Below are positions 63,019 to 64,000 of a stretch of 64,000 nucleotides of DNA, one piece after another. Numbering within the stretch: position 1 is the stretch's first letter; the number at the start of each line of letters is the position of its first letter. The DNA comes from Antedon mediterranea (Eukaryota > Animalia > Echinodermata). The notes beneath the pieces were generated by a model, which saw only the letters and a list, made by a program, of their open reading frames with translations, was not told the DNA's origin and searched no databases. A program made the translations under genes and the position numbers. The stretch is from the NCBI RefSeq assembly GCF_964355755.1, contig NC_092673.1, positions 12,558,948 to 12,622,947 of the forward strand. The letters run 5' to 3'.

Positions 63019-63369
63019 GTTCGGCTCGCACGATAAGAGGGGTACAGTGCGTGTTAAATGGAATTTTTACAACAATAGTTCGGCTCGCACGATGAATACA
63101 CTTGGTGATTTTTACAAGAGGGGTACAGTGCGTGTACATTAAATGGAATTTTCACAACAATAGTTCGGCGGCTCGCACGATAAATACACGTGGTGATTTT
63201 TACAAGAGGGGTACAGTGCGTGTACATTAAATGGAATTTTCACAACAATAGTTCGGCTCGCGCGATAAATACACGTGGTGATTTTTACAAGAGGAGTACA
63301 GTGCGTGTACAGTACATTAAATGGAATTTCCACAACAATAGTTCGGCTCGCACGATAAATACACGTGGT
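63019..63369. repeat. Tandem repeat, ~4.3 units of ~85-90 bp
   Basis: GTTCGGCTCGCACGAT-type units start at 63019, 63078, 63163, 63251 and 63341; the first unit is shortened. Confidence 0.9.
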
Positions 63370-64000
63370 CAACAAACAACATACGTTATCAGGATTTTCG
63401 ATCATTATTTATTTAAAAAGTAAATTGTATTCGATGTATTATAAATATATAGGTCTGGTTGTCGATTGAAAAATAATAATTGAAGGATTCGCGCGCGAAA
63501 CGACATGCAATATCCAGTTGAATTTGTCAACACGCCATGTCAATTGATATGGGTCGACGCACAGAGGGCGCTTTTTGACCTAAGAATTCCGATCTTAATT
63601 GGTTTCGTGTCAGCTTACCGGTACTTTGTTTATTCGTACGAACGTCGTATGGGTTTTACCCCAAGGGTAAAAACCAAATAAACGTGTATTTCAATCGCCG
63701 TACGAACACGGTCAATGGTACAGATGATGTTGATTTTCTTGGAGTAACATGATCTGCCAAGAAGGATAGGCTAGTAAAAAAGGGCCATCTTGATGAGTAG
63801 CAATTTAACAACCCACTCCCACTAGTCTTGCTTTCTTTCTCTTTTCTTTTTTCACACCGATAATATGTCCGCAGTGCGTTGATTTTGTTTTTTACTTCAG
63901 TTTCTGTGAATAAAAAAATGTAAGAAATGTGGTAAATATGATGTTATAGTAGGTCTCATTTATTTATATATTAGCCTAATTATTAATCATTAATATTCAC

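Noticed and set aside
63139-63423. Overlapping 77-88 aa ORFs
   Set aside because: They are translations of the ~85-bp tandem repeat.

Overview
AT-rich animal genomic DNA, probably a marine invertebrate (inferred from the TE repertoire). It contains no recognisable host gene, rRNA, true tRNA or CRISPR array. The window is a nested transposon graveyard. The only intact long ORF is a 693-aa hAT (ZNF862-like) transposase, whose element has 14-bp TIRs and an unusual 6-bp TSD. It inserted immediately before the catalytic Glu codon of a spliced, PHD-bearing Mutator (MULE) transposase pseudogene inside a ~17-kb MULE. That MULE also hosts a Harbinger MITE, a tRNA-derived SINE, a Kolobok-like element, a near full-length CR1-group LINE (signal-peptide-like N-terminus, 2A-like motif, PHD, APE, RT) and a 7-bp-TSD TIR element. 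Elsewhere there are Academ elements, Tc/mariner, hAT, MULE and EnSpm MITEs, and Sola2, CACTA, Kolobok, hAT, Harbinger-Myb, BEL, Gypsy and Rex relics. A Helentron-like element carries two tail-to-tail Penelope ends, each with a hammerhead ribozyme, and several minisatellites arose from TE sequence. About 17 of 22 orientable TE relics lie on the minus strand, which suggests a + strand transcribed TE trap (uni-strand piRNA cluster) or a large host intron. All family names come from motifs, TIRs and TSDs read by eye, not from database searches.
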